A stretch of 63,474 nucleotides of DNA, filler included, from Octopus bimaculoides (GCF_001194135.2; 6 parts of 6 records of this genome joined end to end with filler, not necessarily neighbours in it), one strand, 5' to 3'; positions 1 through 14,818 are shown, numbered from the whole stretch's first letter. The notes: generated from the sequence alone by a model not told the origin. Translations and numbers: made by a program.

Positions 1-105
<105 letters not shown>

Positions 106-169
106 CATCGAATATTACCTTAGAAATGAGAGCCCAGGTTTGAAATTTCCCCAAGACATCTGATGTATA

Positions 170-310
170 TATACGACGGGCTCCTTGCAGCTCCCGTTTA
201 CTAAATTCACTCACAAGTAAAAGACAGTCGTCAAGGGTGCCACGCAGTTAAACTGGAGACAGAACCATGTGCTGTGTATGAAAGCTACCTACCACACAGC
301 CACTCCTCCG
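170..310 (-). mobile_element. tRNA-derived SINE family A, degenerate 5' part
   Basis: Matches the better copies at 35395-35936 and 50885-51275 (acgacgggct...ccacgcag...accacacagccac). Confidence 0.75.
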
Positions 311-334
311 GATAATACAACATTTTCAGAGGCA

Positions 335-1160
335 ATAAATACTCCAGATGATGTCGGGAGCTTATCCTTGGACTTCCATGTAATATACAAGTGAGCTGAA
401 ATAAACAACACGCAGTTTAATGATGGAAAATTTGAAGCACTGCACTATCAACTTATGAATGCACTGCAACCTACATATTCAGGACGCGAAGTCACAGTAA
501 TTCAAGACTCAGAGACAGTGAACGATATAGGGATCAGTATGTGCAATGCTGCATCATTTCATATGCACATTACCAAGATGGCGGTAAAGTGCAGACAACA
601 GGCAGGATCGATTCTAAAGTGTTTCAAGACAGGGGACCAAGACGTTATGTTGACACTGTCCAGGACCTCTGTTTTCTGCCGCCAAGATTTCTGCTATCAA
701 CTACCAAAACAACATAGTGCCAGACTACCAGCAGAGCTTAAAATAGTTCACTGCCACTACACTATAAATATTGAAATGGTGTAGCGGACGAGCTACAGGG
801 AGAGACTAAAAAATCTACGAATTTGCACCCTGGAGCGAAAAAGCAGCAGATATGTAATCACCTATATATGTAAAACTATTTTCAGCATTAAATGTTTCAC
901 AAACGCCAAAACTGGACGCCTTTGCTTTGTACCAAAGGTACCATTCACACCATCTAAATTGAAGACCAGGTACTGCATTAGTCTAGTGTTCAAAACCCCA
1001 CAGGTCTTCAATGTCTTGCTATGAAAATTAATAAATGTATATAATTGTGCATAGATGTATTCAACATTTACTAGACATATTCCTCTCTACAATACCGGAT
1101 GAAGCAATGGCCCGGCATGAGGTACCGATAAGGGCAGGAGAATCAAACTCTCCCATACCC
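335..1160 (+). mobile_element. CR1/L2-type LINE remnant, RT C-terminal region
   Basis: Broken translation: WAEINNTQFNDGKFEALH, ETVNDIGI, FHMHITKMAVKCRQQAGSILKCFKT, SYRERLKNL, FLSTIPDE. These resemble CR1/L2 ORF2 C-termini; stops and frameshifts are present. Confidence 0.75.
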
Positions 1161-1914
1161 CAAATGGGCCAACAGCTGGGACAAAGGCATATACGGTAGT
1201 GATGGTGTAAGTAATGATGGAAACCTGCAAAACCACTGTGGTGCTCCAGCATGACTACAGCTACAAACGAATAGAAAAAAATAAAAGAAATATATATATA
1301 TATATGTGTGTATATATTTGTGTGTGAATGTATAAGTGGGTTTTCTGCGAGTATGACGAAAGGGTTATAGGTTATGAGTTAAATCAGTATTTTACTTGTA
1401 GTATTTACTTGCAGTATTTTACTTGTAGCAGTGCCTTTGTTTTTGTACTTAGATTCCTTCCGTTTGCAGCCTTTGCTGGCCTAAAAATAATAGTGATGAA
1501 TGCTGACTACGTTACATGTCTAGATTGCAGTTTTACACCAACTACACTCATTACTTCAGGCATATCGGCAGGAGAAAATAACAGCGTTACGTAATTGCAA
1601 ATGAAGGACAATGATGATATTGCCGGTTATGAAATACATAGGAAAAGCCAAGGCTCCCATGTATTTCATGCAAATACAAGAGACATCATTTAATAGTTGC
1701 AAACTACAATCAAGCTAATCGGGTTTGCTCTTATTGTTTTTCTTTTTTTTTTTCTAGGTTCACCATTTCGGAAAAAATTGTAAATGGTTGTTCACATTCT
1801 GTCCCATAGAAAACAATCTCTAACTCAACCATGAATTATACTTCTTAGCTCATACCATGCATGGCAGAAAGTAGCCGCCGATATACAAGACGATTTACTT
1901 TATTAAGTGGACTA

Positions 1915-2024
1915 AAGACACACACGCACGCACGCGCACACACGTACACACACACACACGTACACACACACACACACACAAAACCACATACGTACGTGTG
2001 CACACACTCGCACACACGCACACC

Positions 2025-2059
<35 letters not shown>

Positions 2060-2069
2060 NNNNNNNNNN

Positions 2070-2111
<42 letters not shown>

Positions 2112-2125
2112 TACGTGCATACGTA
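1915..2125. repeat. (CA)n-rich compound microsatellite
   Basis: Directly visible, with a 10-N gap. Confidence 0.95.
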
Positions 2126-2189
2126 CATAGGTCACATCTGAGAGTGATGAAGATCAAAATCGCGGCTTAAAATAATAGAACGTATGCAT

Positions 2190-2880
2190 TGTATTGTTGT
2201 AATTCGGAGTTTTGAAAATTCATCTCAGAGATTCATTTTGTGAATCCTTTTGCAAATTTGTAATGTGTTGTTTGTGTAGTATAATAATGCTCTATCATCT
2301 TGAAGAGAGCTTTTTCTCAATTCCTAAATTAGAATCGATGGATTTTATTAACATTAAATTATCTCTGGCGTATTTGACAGTATTTTGACCCATTTAAAGG
2401 ATTTACAACATAACCGGAGTTCTGATCTTCTTCGCTCACAATCTTTTCCTAGAGCTGTAATTACAACTCATTGACTAAAACAATTCCTTGCTAACCACAA
2501 ACCACCATCTCCTATGTTTTTCTTCTGCTAACCAGAATCTCTTCAATTGAAAAATTCTTTTACTGCTTTCTTGATAGAGAGAGCTTCGCTCCTGGAGATG
2601 CTTTTTTAAAAATTTTATTAGCGTTTGATATCAATAGCAGCTTTCATACTACCTTTCTTTCATATCCAAGATGTTACAATATTGTTGCTACGCAGAACAG
2701 TCAGGTGTCGATAAAATATGCAAAGTCTCTAACAGTTGCAGTTCCATATAAAATAACTTCTAGTTTAATTGTCAGCTTTGTTCTTTCACGATATTTTAAT
2801 GGCCTCTCAGGCGTCTTCTTCAGAGAGCAATGCTCTTCCTCATTCCGAAGCTTCACTCTGTTATTAACTGTTTGAAGATC
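2190..2880 (-). mobile_element. Possible pogo/Tigger-like transposase remnant
   Basis: Fragments ERTKLTIKLEVI, VATIL, EKALF and KFAKGF loosely follow Tigger N-terminal HTH motif order; heavily decayed. Confidence 0.35.
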
Positions 2881-3029
2881 CACAGAAAAAAAAAATTACT
2901 CAGAATGAGTTTGTATACTTGATATTCATGACTTGCACGCTGGTGAATATCTCTTGTATAAATCAAAGAATAACTACATTTTTACACTGAGCTTTTCATT
3001 GCAGTGTTATCACGCTAAAGTTACTATTT

Positions 3030-3300
3030 AGCCGCTAAGTTACGGGGACCTAAACACCCCAGCACGGTTGCCAAGCTATGATGGTGGGGGGTGCAAACAC
3101 ACACACCAACACACACACACATATACATATATACATATATACGACGGGCTTCTTTCAGTTTCTGTCTACCAAATCCACTCACAAGTCTTTGGTCGGCCCG
3201 AGGCTATAGTAGAAGACACTTGCTCAGGGTGCCACGCAGTGAGACTGAACCCGGAACCATGTGGTTCGTAAACAATCTCCTTACCACACAGCCACTCCAA
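3030..3300 (-). mobile_element. SINE family A
   Basis: Reverse complement of the family A head and body (ggctgtgtggtaag...gggttcagtc...aaagaagcccgtcgtat) with an internal (CA)n spacer. Confidence 0.9.
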
Positions 3301-3481
3301 TGCCTAAAATTGAAAAAAAAACTATAAAAACTGTACCTAGTACCTCCAATATTATTACTGTTACTAATATATTTGATAATCTCACAATGAACAACAACAA
3401 TACTGCTAATAACCGTAACTCTATTAATCCAACATAATGTAGATATAACACAGCACTACCACCCAAAAATTAAAATTCTAA

Positions 3482-3645
3482 TTGCAGAGATCTAATACCT
3501 GTAAAGTAGACAGAAATTGTAAAATCAAAGAAGTTGTATACCAAGCAACTATTGTAATTCAGGGCTCTTCTAGATACATATACGTCGGTTGGAACAGAAG
3601 CTCAATTAAATCGAGAATTTCTAACCATAAATTTAATGTCCTGAT
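3482..3645 (+). mobile_element. Penelope-like element, GIY-YIG endonuclease remnant
   Basis: CKVDRNCKIKEVVYQATI...YIYVGWNRSSIKSRISNHK follows the C..C..VVYQA...Y.G....K.R..NHK pattern of Penelope endonucleases. Confidence 0.7.
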
Positions 3646-4871
3646 TCTAGCATATTGGATGTCCACCTAGTGGTCATCCCTTATACACAGGTAATACACT
3701 TTTTTTCTGAATTTTCAGATTTGTTGATATGCTAGGCCACTTGGTTTTAAATTGAATTAATATTCAATTTATCACCCTGTCTATATAAATAATAATTTAA
3801 ATAGTTATGTTCTCCAACCAACAACATACTGCAGTGAATTATTCTCTGCAGAATTGTTTCCGGAATTTTGCGCACCGGTGCTGAGTCATTCTGAAAAGCA
3901 GCCCTAATGTAATCAGTGGAACTATATGCAAGTTTTGTTCCATGAAGACAATTCGTGTATATTTCTGAAAATTATGTTCATTCTAGAGCGTCTATTCTGA
4001 TGAGAACATGGATGGTATTACGTAAGTATAACGTTAATGTTCGAAATTGCAATCCATAGATAACTCTTTATTTTGTATATTTTTCATTTTGCCCTGTTCT
4101 GGCTGGCGTTTTGCCATATATACACAGATACACACACACACACGCACACATGCATATATACATGCATATTTGGGTACAGCACTGTGCCAACGGTGCAAGT
4201 AACGTGAAATACTTAAGCAAACGGAGGGAAAACGAGTGAAATACGTAAAGATGGAGAAAAAATGGAAAACTGGATAAGTTAACACAGAATAAGTACCCTT
4301 CATCAGTTCTTTGTTGTCTAATTCCGCCTCATTTCGAGCATTCAATGAAAATATGTGTCTTCAAAGAGAGTGGCTCCCATAAATTGTAAAGTAGTATACA
4401 GGATTCATGGAGAGTCAAAGTTGGTAACGAAAAATGACAGTGGAGATATAGAAGAAAACAGAACAGAAGTAAACGGGGTGGGTCGTTAGACTAGACAAGA
4501 GAAAAATAGTGAACTCTGGGAGAACCATTTATTTTTAAAAAGAGAAATGATACAAGAGGGACAAACGTGTGCCCGTTTAAACGTCTGTGCCGGAAAATAA
4601 ATGTGGTCATGTGAGGTAAAGAAAGATGGAAGATCGTCACATGTGAGCAACGAGAGTCACAAAGAAAAAAGAGAAAGAGAGAAGAGAGAGTGTCAGATAG
4701 AAAATAGTGAAAGAGAAAGGGAGAGAAAAATGAATTAGTGAAGGATGCAGGAAGAAATCAGTATAGAGTAGTGAGTGGCATAAAAAAACCTGAGGATAAA
4801 CCTACTTGGAAATGGACGCGTTGCCTTGAATTAAATAATAAATCTTGAATATAATATATACATATGTATAT

Positions 4872-4939
<68 letters not shown>

Positions 4940-7367
4940 NNNNNNNNNNNNNNNNNNNNNNNNNNNNNNNNNNNNNNNNNNNNNNNNNNNNNNNNNNNNN
5001 NNNNNNNNNNNNNNNNNNNNNNNNNNNNNNNNNNNNNNNNNNNNNNNNNNNNNNNNNNNNNNNNNNNNNNNNNNNNNNNNNNNNNNNNNNNNNNNNNNNN
5101 NNNNNNNNNNNNNNNNNNNNNNNNNNNNNNNNNNNNNNNNNNNNNNNNNNNNNNNNNNNNNNNNNNNNNNNNNNNNNNNNNNNNNNNNNNNNNNNNNNNN
5201 NNNNNNNNNNNNNNNNNNNNNNNNNNNNNNNNNNNNNNNNNNNNNNNNNNNNNNNNNNNNNNNNNNNNNNNNNNNNNNNNNNNNNNNNNNNNNNNNNNNN
5301 NNNNNNNNNNNNNNNNNNNNNNNNNNNNNNNNNNNNNNNNNNNNNNNNNNNNNNNNNNNNNNNNNNNNNNNNNNNNNNNNNNNNNNNNNNNNNNNNNNNN
5401 NNNNNNNNNNNNNNNNNNNNNNNNNNNNNNNNNNNNNNGTGTGTGTGTGTGTGTGTGTGTGTGCGTGTGTGTGTGTGTGTGTGTGTACTTCATGCACAAA
5501 TATACACACGAAATCTCTTATAAATCTGCCACACAGCAGCATTTTCTGACACCAACCATTCTCCTGTATTTACCTGAATTTGCTTTTAAATACTAATATC
5601 CAGACTCCTCTCACTTTCATCCATCAATCCAAAGCATTCTCTGCTGCATTACACTCAGACAAATACGAATGTTTGCTCTCACACCTTTCATTTGTTAACT
5701 TAATAACCGGTTCCATGTCAACTATGCTCGTGCCCTTTTCGATATGTATCTGGTATCTTTACTTGTTCTGAACTTACTCTCTGAAAGGACCAAGTCTACA
5801 ACCAACAAAATTATAATATATATTTGACACTACATATGCATTGGGACTGCTGTTCAGTCAATGTTCATTGTTTCTTTTTTTTTCTATATGATAACTTCTT
5901 TAAGTTTATAATAAATATGTACGTGAGCATGTGTGTGTATTCGAGGAGCGTCTGTAGCTTTTATTTCTCTATATGTGTTTGTGTTCATGTAGGCATGAGT
6001 AAATATGTATATGTGTAAATGCAGATTCTTTTTGACCTTTTGTAAATCTTTTCTAGCGATACGATATTCAAATTATAGAGAATGAATAAAATGGACAATA
6101 GATAATACAATACCTGTGTCTCATTCACCGTCCTAAAAGAAATGCTTTACTGGAAAACGAAAACCAAAATAACGAAACAAAAAATTGCAGCGAAATACCC
6201 AATATGACAATAAAGAATATGATACATATTTCTGTTCTCTCTTTATTCTCATTTCTCTATTTTATCAATATTATATTGAAGAATGCCATGCCTTTCGCAA
6301 GATAACAATAACAGTAGTATATATGAAATACTCACTATAACATTTCAGATATAAGAACACCATTATTTTAGTTTTATTTTATATGATGCCGCTAGAGACA
6401 CGAATATATTATCCATTAGTTAAAAATGTCTGTACCTTTGATGTACATCTTATTTTAGATATAAAAGGAAATATGCAATGCCGATTGCAATATTCAGCAA
6501 ACAAACTACCAGTCACTTCATCTTTTTAAACCATTTTTCAATCAATTTCTATTGAAATGCAATATCTTTATTGCTACAGGGCTAGATGTGCTGAATTTGA
6601 TGACGCCAATTCAAAATATTGGATTGTCACTTCTCTTTCTTTTTCTTCCTGTTTTAACATATTTTTAAGCTTAGCACTATTGTTTTTATGTTTTATATTT
6701 GACTTTTTTATTGTCACCATTTTTTGATATCACTTCTGTGAAAAATGTAGCTGTGACTTCATACATTCCCAATGTTCTAAGAGCGTTCTCTGATGCTACA
6801 TTTAAACACTATGACATATATTGTTCATGAAAGTTAAGAGTCCCGCTACGATGTTGTGTTTTATTATCCTATTTCGCACATGATATAATTTTAGTGTAAT
6901 ATATAATGTTGCTGGTGATTAGTAACCGTCATAAATACATTCCCGTTACACCACTGAAATACTAGAGTAGTTTCAGGGATATGACACACTTCATCGTCGT
7001 TTATGATGTCTCCTGGGCATTTTAAAACAAAAATATTCCCTCCTGTACTGAAATGCTCAGAATGGCGAGTTGATATTTGTAATAGAATTAGATTTTTCTT
7101 CCCATTATATGTATCTGTGTGCTAGTGTGCGTTTCTGGGCATCTCTTTCACAGTGAGTATTATGTGTAAGATAACAGAATAATGAACATGATATTAACGT
7201 AAGGGTTTAATGTATGCAAACAATGGAAGTGGATATTTTGTTACAGAGAATAGTTTTTATGCTTGGTTAATATTAATGATGTATAAAACATTAAAATCAG
7301 TATATTAGTTTAAAATGACACATCGAACTCATGCGCACACATGCATTCATATACATACACACACATA

Positions 7368-8629
7368 TCAGGTCATCCCATAAGTTCTGTCTGATTTTAT
7401 CTTTCTTAAAATTAAATGAAATTTAATCGCATTTTAGAATGTCTAATGGAATTTAAATTGATTTCTATGCATTTGTGTACATTTAAAATAATTAATATTA
7501 TTTTACAAGATAATATAATTAAAATTTCTTTGATTAAAACCCCTTCAAATATGGAAGTATCCAAGGAGCATTTGAGGTATATAATGTTTTATGAGTACAA
7601 AAACAGAAAATTCTGCAGCCGAAGCGCCTCGAAACAGTTTATGGGAAAGAAAGCTTGAATGATAGAATTTGCAGAAGATGGTTTGCAAAATTCAGAAGTG
7701 GAGATTTCGGGCTTGAAGAGGAAGATCGGAGAACCTGTTGAGTTTGATGATAAGCTACTTGAGGCAATACTCGGGTGAAATCCTGCATTATTAGTTGAAG
7801 AATTGGCAAGAAAGCTTAGTTCAAACCATACAACACTTCATCGTCACTTTCAACAAGTTGGAAAGATTCCTAAACTTGGAAAATGGGTGCCTCATCAATT
7901 GTCCGAAAACAACCGGAAATCTCGAGTTGACATCTGCTCTTCTCTCCATTCTCGAGAACTCATCATTTCACCATTTTTGGATAGACATGTGACTGGTGAC
8001 GAAAATGGATCTTCTATGGAAATGTTAAACGTCGTAAACAGTGATTTGTTAAAAGAGAAAAAGTTCAATCACAAGTGAGAATGGAAGTTCATGTGAAAAA
8101 GATTCTTCTCTCTATCTGGTGGGATTGCAAAGAAGTAATTAACTTTGAATTATTACCACCTAATGCAACGTTTAATGCTCAATACTACTGTCAGCAATTA
8201 GAGCGTTTCAACCAAACTTCGAATAAGAAAATGACCCGCGTTTGGGAATCGAAAAGGAGTGATGTGTTGTCAGAAACGCACATACCAAAGATGATATCAC
8301 AGAAGATAGAAGCGCGTGGCTGAGAAACAAATTCCTCATCCACCTTATTGTCCCGACCTTGCTCCCTCAGATTACCATTTTTTTCATAGTATACAGAAGC
8401 ATTTGTGGGACATAACTTTCGCAAGCCAAGACTAGGTGGACTGTCATCTCAGATTTATTCGCTTTCAAACAAAAAGAGTTTTACATTGATGGGATTAAAA
8501 AATGGTAAATAGATGGAAGTCATATATAATCAGGGAAAGTACAGTGATCATTAAATTTCAATTAAACGTAACATTTGATCACTTGTTTTCTTTATTCAAA
8601 ATTCGGACAGAACTTATCGGGTGGCTTCA
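7368..8629 (+). mobile_element. Full-length mariner DNA transposon with pseudogenised transposase
   Basis: TA-flanked imperfect ~30-bp TIRs (tcaggtcatcccataagttctgtctgatttt / aaattcggacagaacttatcgggtggcttca). ATG at 7551 (MEVSKEHLR); motifs WVPHQL, VTGDE and PYCPDLAPSDY; multiple frameshifts and stops. Confidence 0.93.
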
Positions 8630-9364
8630 TATATGTATATGTATATGTGTATGTATATGTATATGTATATGTATATANNNNNNNNNNNNNNNNNNNNNNN
8701 NNNNNNNNNNNNNNNNNNNNNNNNNNNNNNNNNNNNNNNNNNNNNNNNNNNNNNNNNNNNNNNNNNNNNNNNNNNNNNNNNNNNNNNNNNNNNNNNNNNN
8801 NNNNNNNNNNNNNNNNNNNNNNNNNNNNNNNNNNNNNNNNNNNNTATATATATATATATATATATATATTATTATTTTGTTTAAAAGAGTTCCAACACTG
8901 TCTGCTTTTTATGTTTTATTTATATTCCTGCAGAACCAATGTGGGGTATAGAATATGGAATATACAATATATAATATAAAATAAAATAAAATAAAAATGG
9001 ATGGCACCATGAAAGAAAGTATTGAATGTAGATGAAATATTGAGTGTTCAATATAAAGGATCAAATATATAAATATAAATATATAAATATATAAAGGCGA
9101 CTCGAGTTTCAGGGCTATTTCCCTTCGTCATGGCCGGTATGACAGACTTTAACAGAGTGCTTGGTCTACATCCGCATTTAGGCTTCGCAATATATAACGT
9201 CCTCAATTTGTTTCTATCTGTTCTTTTTTGCAGTCTATTTGATCGGTTGTGCTTCTTTGGTGGCAGTGGTTTCAGGTTCTTTATGTAATTCATGGTTAAT
9301 GCGGAGATCCCTTGCAAATTTGCTTGCTTCTTTAACAATAGAATGCGATTTTTTGCTAGTTTCG

Positions 9365-9469
9365 TGTTGTGATTATTATTATTACTATGATTATGATTAT
9401 TATTATTATTATCATTATTATTGTCATTATCATCATTATTATAACTATTATTATATTATACTATATTAA

Positions 9470-9517
<48 letters not shown>

Positions 9518-9527
9518 NNNNNNNNNN

Positions 9528-9574
<47 letters not shown>

Positions 9575-9575
9575 T
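9365..9575. repeat. (ATT)n microsatellite
   Basis: Directly visible. Confidence 0.95.
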
Positions 9576-12500
9576 TAATAGGATTAATGTAACTCTTTAT
9601 ATGGTAAATATACAATATTAAGAGAGCGATGCGATTTCGGTGTTCATGGTTTAACGATATTTCGGTAGCAAGCCTATCATTTTCGACGAAGACTGAAAAA
9701 TTCAAAATTATAGAAATTCAATTCCGAAATATGAACGAGAGCAACTAGCGTCCACTCATTGATGGAATACTATCATCAGTCTTCAAAGTTCAGTTTTACA
9801 ACTGGCAAAAAGAAAAGAAGAATAAATAAGAGGAAAATAAAGAAAAGGAAGGAGAAAAGACAAGAAAACGAAAAAAAGAAATAGAAAAGGAAGAAAACGA
9901 TTTAATCAAACACTTTTGAGTGAATTTAATGAAATTCTCCTGTTATTTTATTCATACCTCCGGATCATGATGTTAATAACCCGCAAACATGTTCCTCCTC
10001 ATGCATCGTGTGTTCTGTAATTGTAGCAGATTCAGAATAATTTCTGACAATATTCATATTGAAGTCTTTTACAAATCTGCAGCCGTTTGGTGCAAGAAGT
10101 TCAGCAAGTTCTCTCGTACTACTTCTATTGTGCCATTTCGGTGCCCATTGAATTTTTTGCTTAATAAAACTTTCCCCCGACGATGTCTTGGAAGTTGGAC
10201 TGAGATTCTGCCGAAGCAAATAGAATTTTTACGAGAATAAACTAGCTCAAGTGTTATTTCAGTTTGTCCGCCGTCGCAAGATGAAGAAAGATTTTCTTGA
10301 AGAAAATGGTAACGAGGAGTCAGAAAACACTCTTCTTACTGAAAATAAAAAATAATGATGATCGAATCTGGCAAAATTGGATTGAAAAGAATCCCAGGTG
10401 ATGTCTAGATAATGTTCGGGATAGACATTTACAAGCACTACTGGGGTTTCTTGAATTTTGTCAGACTGGCATTAAGTACAGCTTCATGCATTTGATATGA
10501 TTTCTTTCTTATAATTAATTATTTATAATCTTTTGTATTTTCGGTTTGTATATGCAAGCTTTCAGAGCTTAGTACATTAATTGAGCATATTCTTGCCGTG
10601 CGTGCATTTCGTAAATGATGGATATAGTTTTGTGATTTTGCATGTCAGAGGCTAGAGGTGAATATTATATATTTTTTTTGTGTATATTACAGCAATATTC
10701 ATATATTTTCTTAAAACATAATCTCCATTACTTTCAGCTTATTTCCTCGTCAAACAAATTATGCTTAGTATAGATGTGTTAGGATTAAACACATGAAATT
10801 AGGTATTTCAAGATACTTATAATGTCACGTATACAGTTGTAAAATTGATCACCATAATGACAATGACGAGGAGAAGAGCGATTATCATGATGATGTTTAT
10901 GACGATGGTGGTAGATATAGGTATTATAGTATTAGATTATCATAAACTACTTCTACTATTGATCATTCATTCGCGTCATTTCTTGAAAATTTAAGATATT
11001 AACGAGGATTGTCATGAAATACGATGCTGAAGAAGTCATTGATTATTTTGACGACGACGGTGACAATGACGACGACAACGACGACGACGGTGGCATTGAC
11101 GTTGACGACGATAATGAAGCTGCTGATAACAGTGTTGTGGCGGTGGGATGGTCGTCGTGTTTGCGGTGTAACCGCTGCTGAGGCTGATAATGATAACGAC
11201 GATAGAAGGGAGTCAACGCTGGTGTAGGCGGTGCTGTTGCTTTAAATGTCGATGAAGGTAGCGGGGACCGTCACACTGGAGGAGAATTGCAGTAACAATA
11301 TTGATAAAAAGGATAATCTTTATCATGATGGTGATGATTGTGCTACTGCTGCTACTGCTGATGATGATGATGACAATGACGACGACGACGATGGCGATGA
11401 TGATGTTGATGATGATGGTGATGAGGAGGAGGAGGAGGGTGAGATGATGCTTTAAGTTTTTGTGTCGATAATGATGACGATTTTGACGAAGATATCTCCT
11501 CGCATTTGTTGGAAACGTCGATGGTGGTGAACCCATAATTGCCCTCTCCAACATATTCCTGTAATTAAATTCTCTCAGATTCTTTCAGTGGCTTCTTCTG
11601 AAATATTGATTTTTCGTAATAACATTTCATGTTAATAACACTCTGATGGAATAGTATCTGAACTTAATCTAATCATTACGTCGGTCTCATACTAGTGTGG
11701 ACATAGGTATAAAATGAAAACAGCGACAGTGGTTGATAGTAATAGTTTCATACATACACAGACATCCACAAACGCACACATAGATATATAGAGACAGACA
11801 TCAAATATTAAAAGTATATATATAGGAATATGAGGATATGTATATACACATGTGTAAGTGTGTATGTAAACATATANNNNNNNNNNNNNNNNNNNNNNNN
11901 NNNNNNNNNNNNNNNNNNNNNNNNNNNNNNNNNNNNNNNNNNNNNNNNNNNNNNNNNNNNNNNNNNNNNNNNNNNNNNNNNNNNNNNNNNNNNNNNNNNN
12001 NNNNNNNNNNNNNNNNNNNNNNNNNNNNNNNTATATATGTTTGTATCAATATATGGCCAATCATTTTACAGATGATTCTGCTTGATATGTTTGTGCCAAA
12101 TAACTTGCTCAAAGAATGTCATGCTGTATACAACATTACCTCTTAAAACAAGTGTTCCGTTATTATCGGAATGATATTACTACCAAATTATTAATGCTCT
12201 CCTTGAAATGTCATTGATTAATATTTTATAATTTACGGGCTGCTTATTTCTCAACAATATACCAGTAATTTTTTCAATTTCTAATCATGTGGCATTATGC
12301 TCACTGAAATGTATAGCTGTTCCTTGATGGAATGTGAAGTTCGTTACACGGAATTACATGTATACTACATTCAAGAAAAATGCTATTTCCGGTCTACAGC
12401 ACTCTTTGATATCAAACTGAAAAAATCTATATATTTTAAATTTTATTGTTCGTGCTGTTGTTATAGCTATTTATATGCACCTTTTCAGAACATATGCATT

Positions 12501-13726
12501 ATTTTTTATCATCAAGGTCTACATTCTCAGCTTGTCTATAAATTTTAAGAAGGAGAGCTGTGATGCAAGCGTTATGTTCGCTTCAAATGTTAACAAACTT
12601 TGCGAGTATATGAACATTCCCTTCCTAGCTTTTGTTCGTTTTAATTTATTTTAAGTTACTGGCCCTCAAATTTATGATTCTAATGAATAAGGCAAAATTT
12701 TAGAAAACAGCATTTTCAGTGCGTGTCTGAATATGATTTCAAAGATTTAGTTGCCTTGTTTGTATTATTAATTCTCCATAACATATTAGCTTACATTTCA
12801 TATATATATATATATGTGGTTATATAATTGAATTAGTTTGCATGGAAGCTAATATTGGTTTCAAATTTTCGGGCAAGGCCAGAATTTCAGGCAGGGGTAA
12901 ATCGATTACACCGATACATGTGTACAACTGGTTCTTCTTTTATTGATCTGTGAAGGAAGAACGGCTAAACCGATATCGGCAGCATGTCAAGTGAGAGCGT
13001 AAAACCGGATGAAATGGGGTTAGGCGATTTTTCAGCGTACTATAGAAGCTATTAATGTATTGCTATATTTTTTGATACTAGTTTACCCCACCCCTTTGAT
13101 CATACTTAATATATATTTGTGTATATGTGTGCGTGTTTCTATGTGTGTAGATGGATATGGGTGTGTGTGTGTGTGTATGCGTGTGTGCGCGCGTACAGAC
13201 ATGAATGCATGCGTACAATATTGATAAAACACTATCAAGAAACGAGCAAAACAATACGTTTGGTGTAGTGCATGGATAGATGAGGAGTCCCAATATATTG
13301 TTAGTGTGTCACTATATTTGAGTTGCAACATTTTCGCGATGCGATATCCGATGAGAAATTGTTTCTAACCAATAAAGAGTTCTAATTCATAAAATGGTAC
13401 CTTAATGCATTTAATTGTCTCATCAATATCCGGCTGCTAACTCTAAATCTATGTCACATTGGTAATTGTCTCATGACGAAATGTTATTAATCTTTGTTCT
13501 ACTCAAGTAATTAATACTGAAGTAATTAATAAACTTGTATAATATTATTCAAGCTAATTCAAAATTGAAACAAGGCATAAACGAGGAAAATATATTCACA
13601 GATTTAAACTATTGAGAAATGAAATGCCAAGATATTTCAGTACCCAGGGAAAGCTAGACAATGAGCTATATATATTATGCATTTGGTAGTCTTGTATTTG
13701 ATGTGATTCCCTTTATATACATACAT

Positions 13727-13757
<31 letters not shown>

Positions 13758-13801
13758 NNNNNNNNNNNNNNNNNNNNNNNNNNNNNNNNNNNNNNNNNNN
13801 N

Positions 13802-13813
13802 TTAATTAATTAA
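13802..13813. other. Artificial scaffold linker TTAATTAATTAA
   Basis: Flanked by exactly 44 N on each side (100 bp total); stops in all six frames; identical at five sites. Confidence 0.97.
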
Positions 13814-14410
13814 NNNNNNNNNNNNNNNNNNNNNNNNNNNNNNNNNNNNNNNNNNNNATATGTATGTATGTATGTATGTATGTATATATACTACTACTAC
13901 TACTATAGCCAATGAACTACTGCTACAACTCCAACCACTACTACAACCACGGTCACTACTACTACTACGACCAATGGTCTCTACTACTACTGCTATTTCA
14001 GCTAACGATCACTTTCACTACTACAGCCAACGATTCATACTTCTACTGCTGCCACTTCAACTTCTTAGTCAACACACAAGGCAGCCATTATGTTCCCACA
14101 CATAAAACACTACCACGTGGACTCTGTTGAAACTAGTAAGAAACAATTATGAACTTTTCTTTTATTACACTTAACTTTTTAAAATATTTTTTTCTTTGAT
14201 AAGGTTCGTTTTTTCAAGAAGAACCGAAACATGTAAAATCTCTCAGAAAATTAAAATTGATCTTATATAGTGGCGTTTTCAAACTTCTTTTATATATATA
14301 TATATATATATATATNNNNNNNNNNNNNNNNNNNNNNNNNNNNNNNNNNNNNNNNNNNNNNNNNNNNNNNNNNNNNNNNNNNNNNNNNNNNNNNNNNNNN
14401 NNNNNNNNNN

Positions 14411-14560
14411 TACGTGTTTCTTTCAATTTTTGTCTACCAAATCCATTGATAAGGCTTTGGTCGGTCAGAGACTATAATAGAAGACACTTGCCTAGAGTGC
14501 CACATAGTGGGACAGAACCCAACTTGTGGTTGGGATGCAAACTTCTTACCACACAACTAC
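14411..14560 (-). mobile_element. SINE family A, 5' part
   Basis: tttctttcaattttgtctaccaaatcc...aaacttcttaccacacaactacgc. Confidence 0.85.
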
Positions 14561-14818
14561 GCATATTTTGCTTATTTTGGGCTAACGTCTACTTTGCCAA
14601 TTTTGGAAATGAGATGGAATTAGCGCGGGTGTTTTTATATGTAACATAAAAATATGTTACACAGTACAAATTTCAAAAGAAAAGTTTACCGTTACGAAGA
14701 GAACACTGATCTGGAATATTTACTTGTAGTAGCAGGTGTGTGAGTGATATTCTAATGTGGGTCGCAAATTAGCAACTCATCAAGTATTTTCTGACTCTGA
14801 AGAACAAAGCTATCGTGA

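Noticed and set aside
1328-1830. 88-aa ORF and a strong acceptor-like ttttttttctag at ~1757
   Set aside because: The ORF includes a local tandem duplication, and all frames after the acceptor stop within 22 codons.
4296-4340. Minus-strand GCTCGAAA...CTGATGAAGGG (similar CTGACGAAGGG at 58761)
   Set aside because: The core halves are in an order needing a stem I hairpin and stem II partners that are absent.
11024-11554. Acidic and Thr-rich ORFs (DDDDDNDDD...EEEEE)
   Set aside because: A mosaic of GAT/GAC/GGT triplet repeats open on both strands, with no convincing splice sites.
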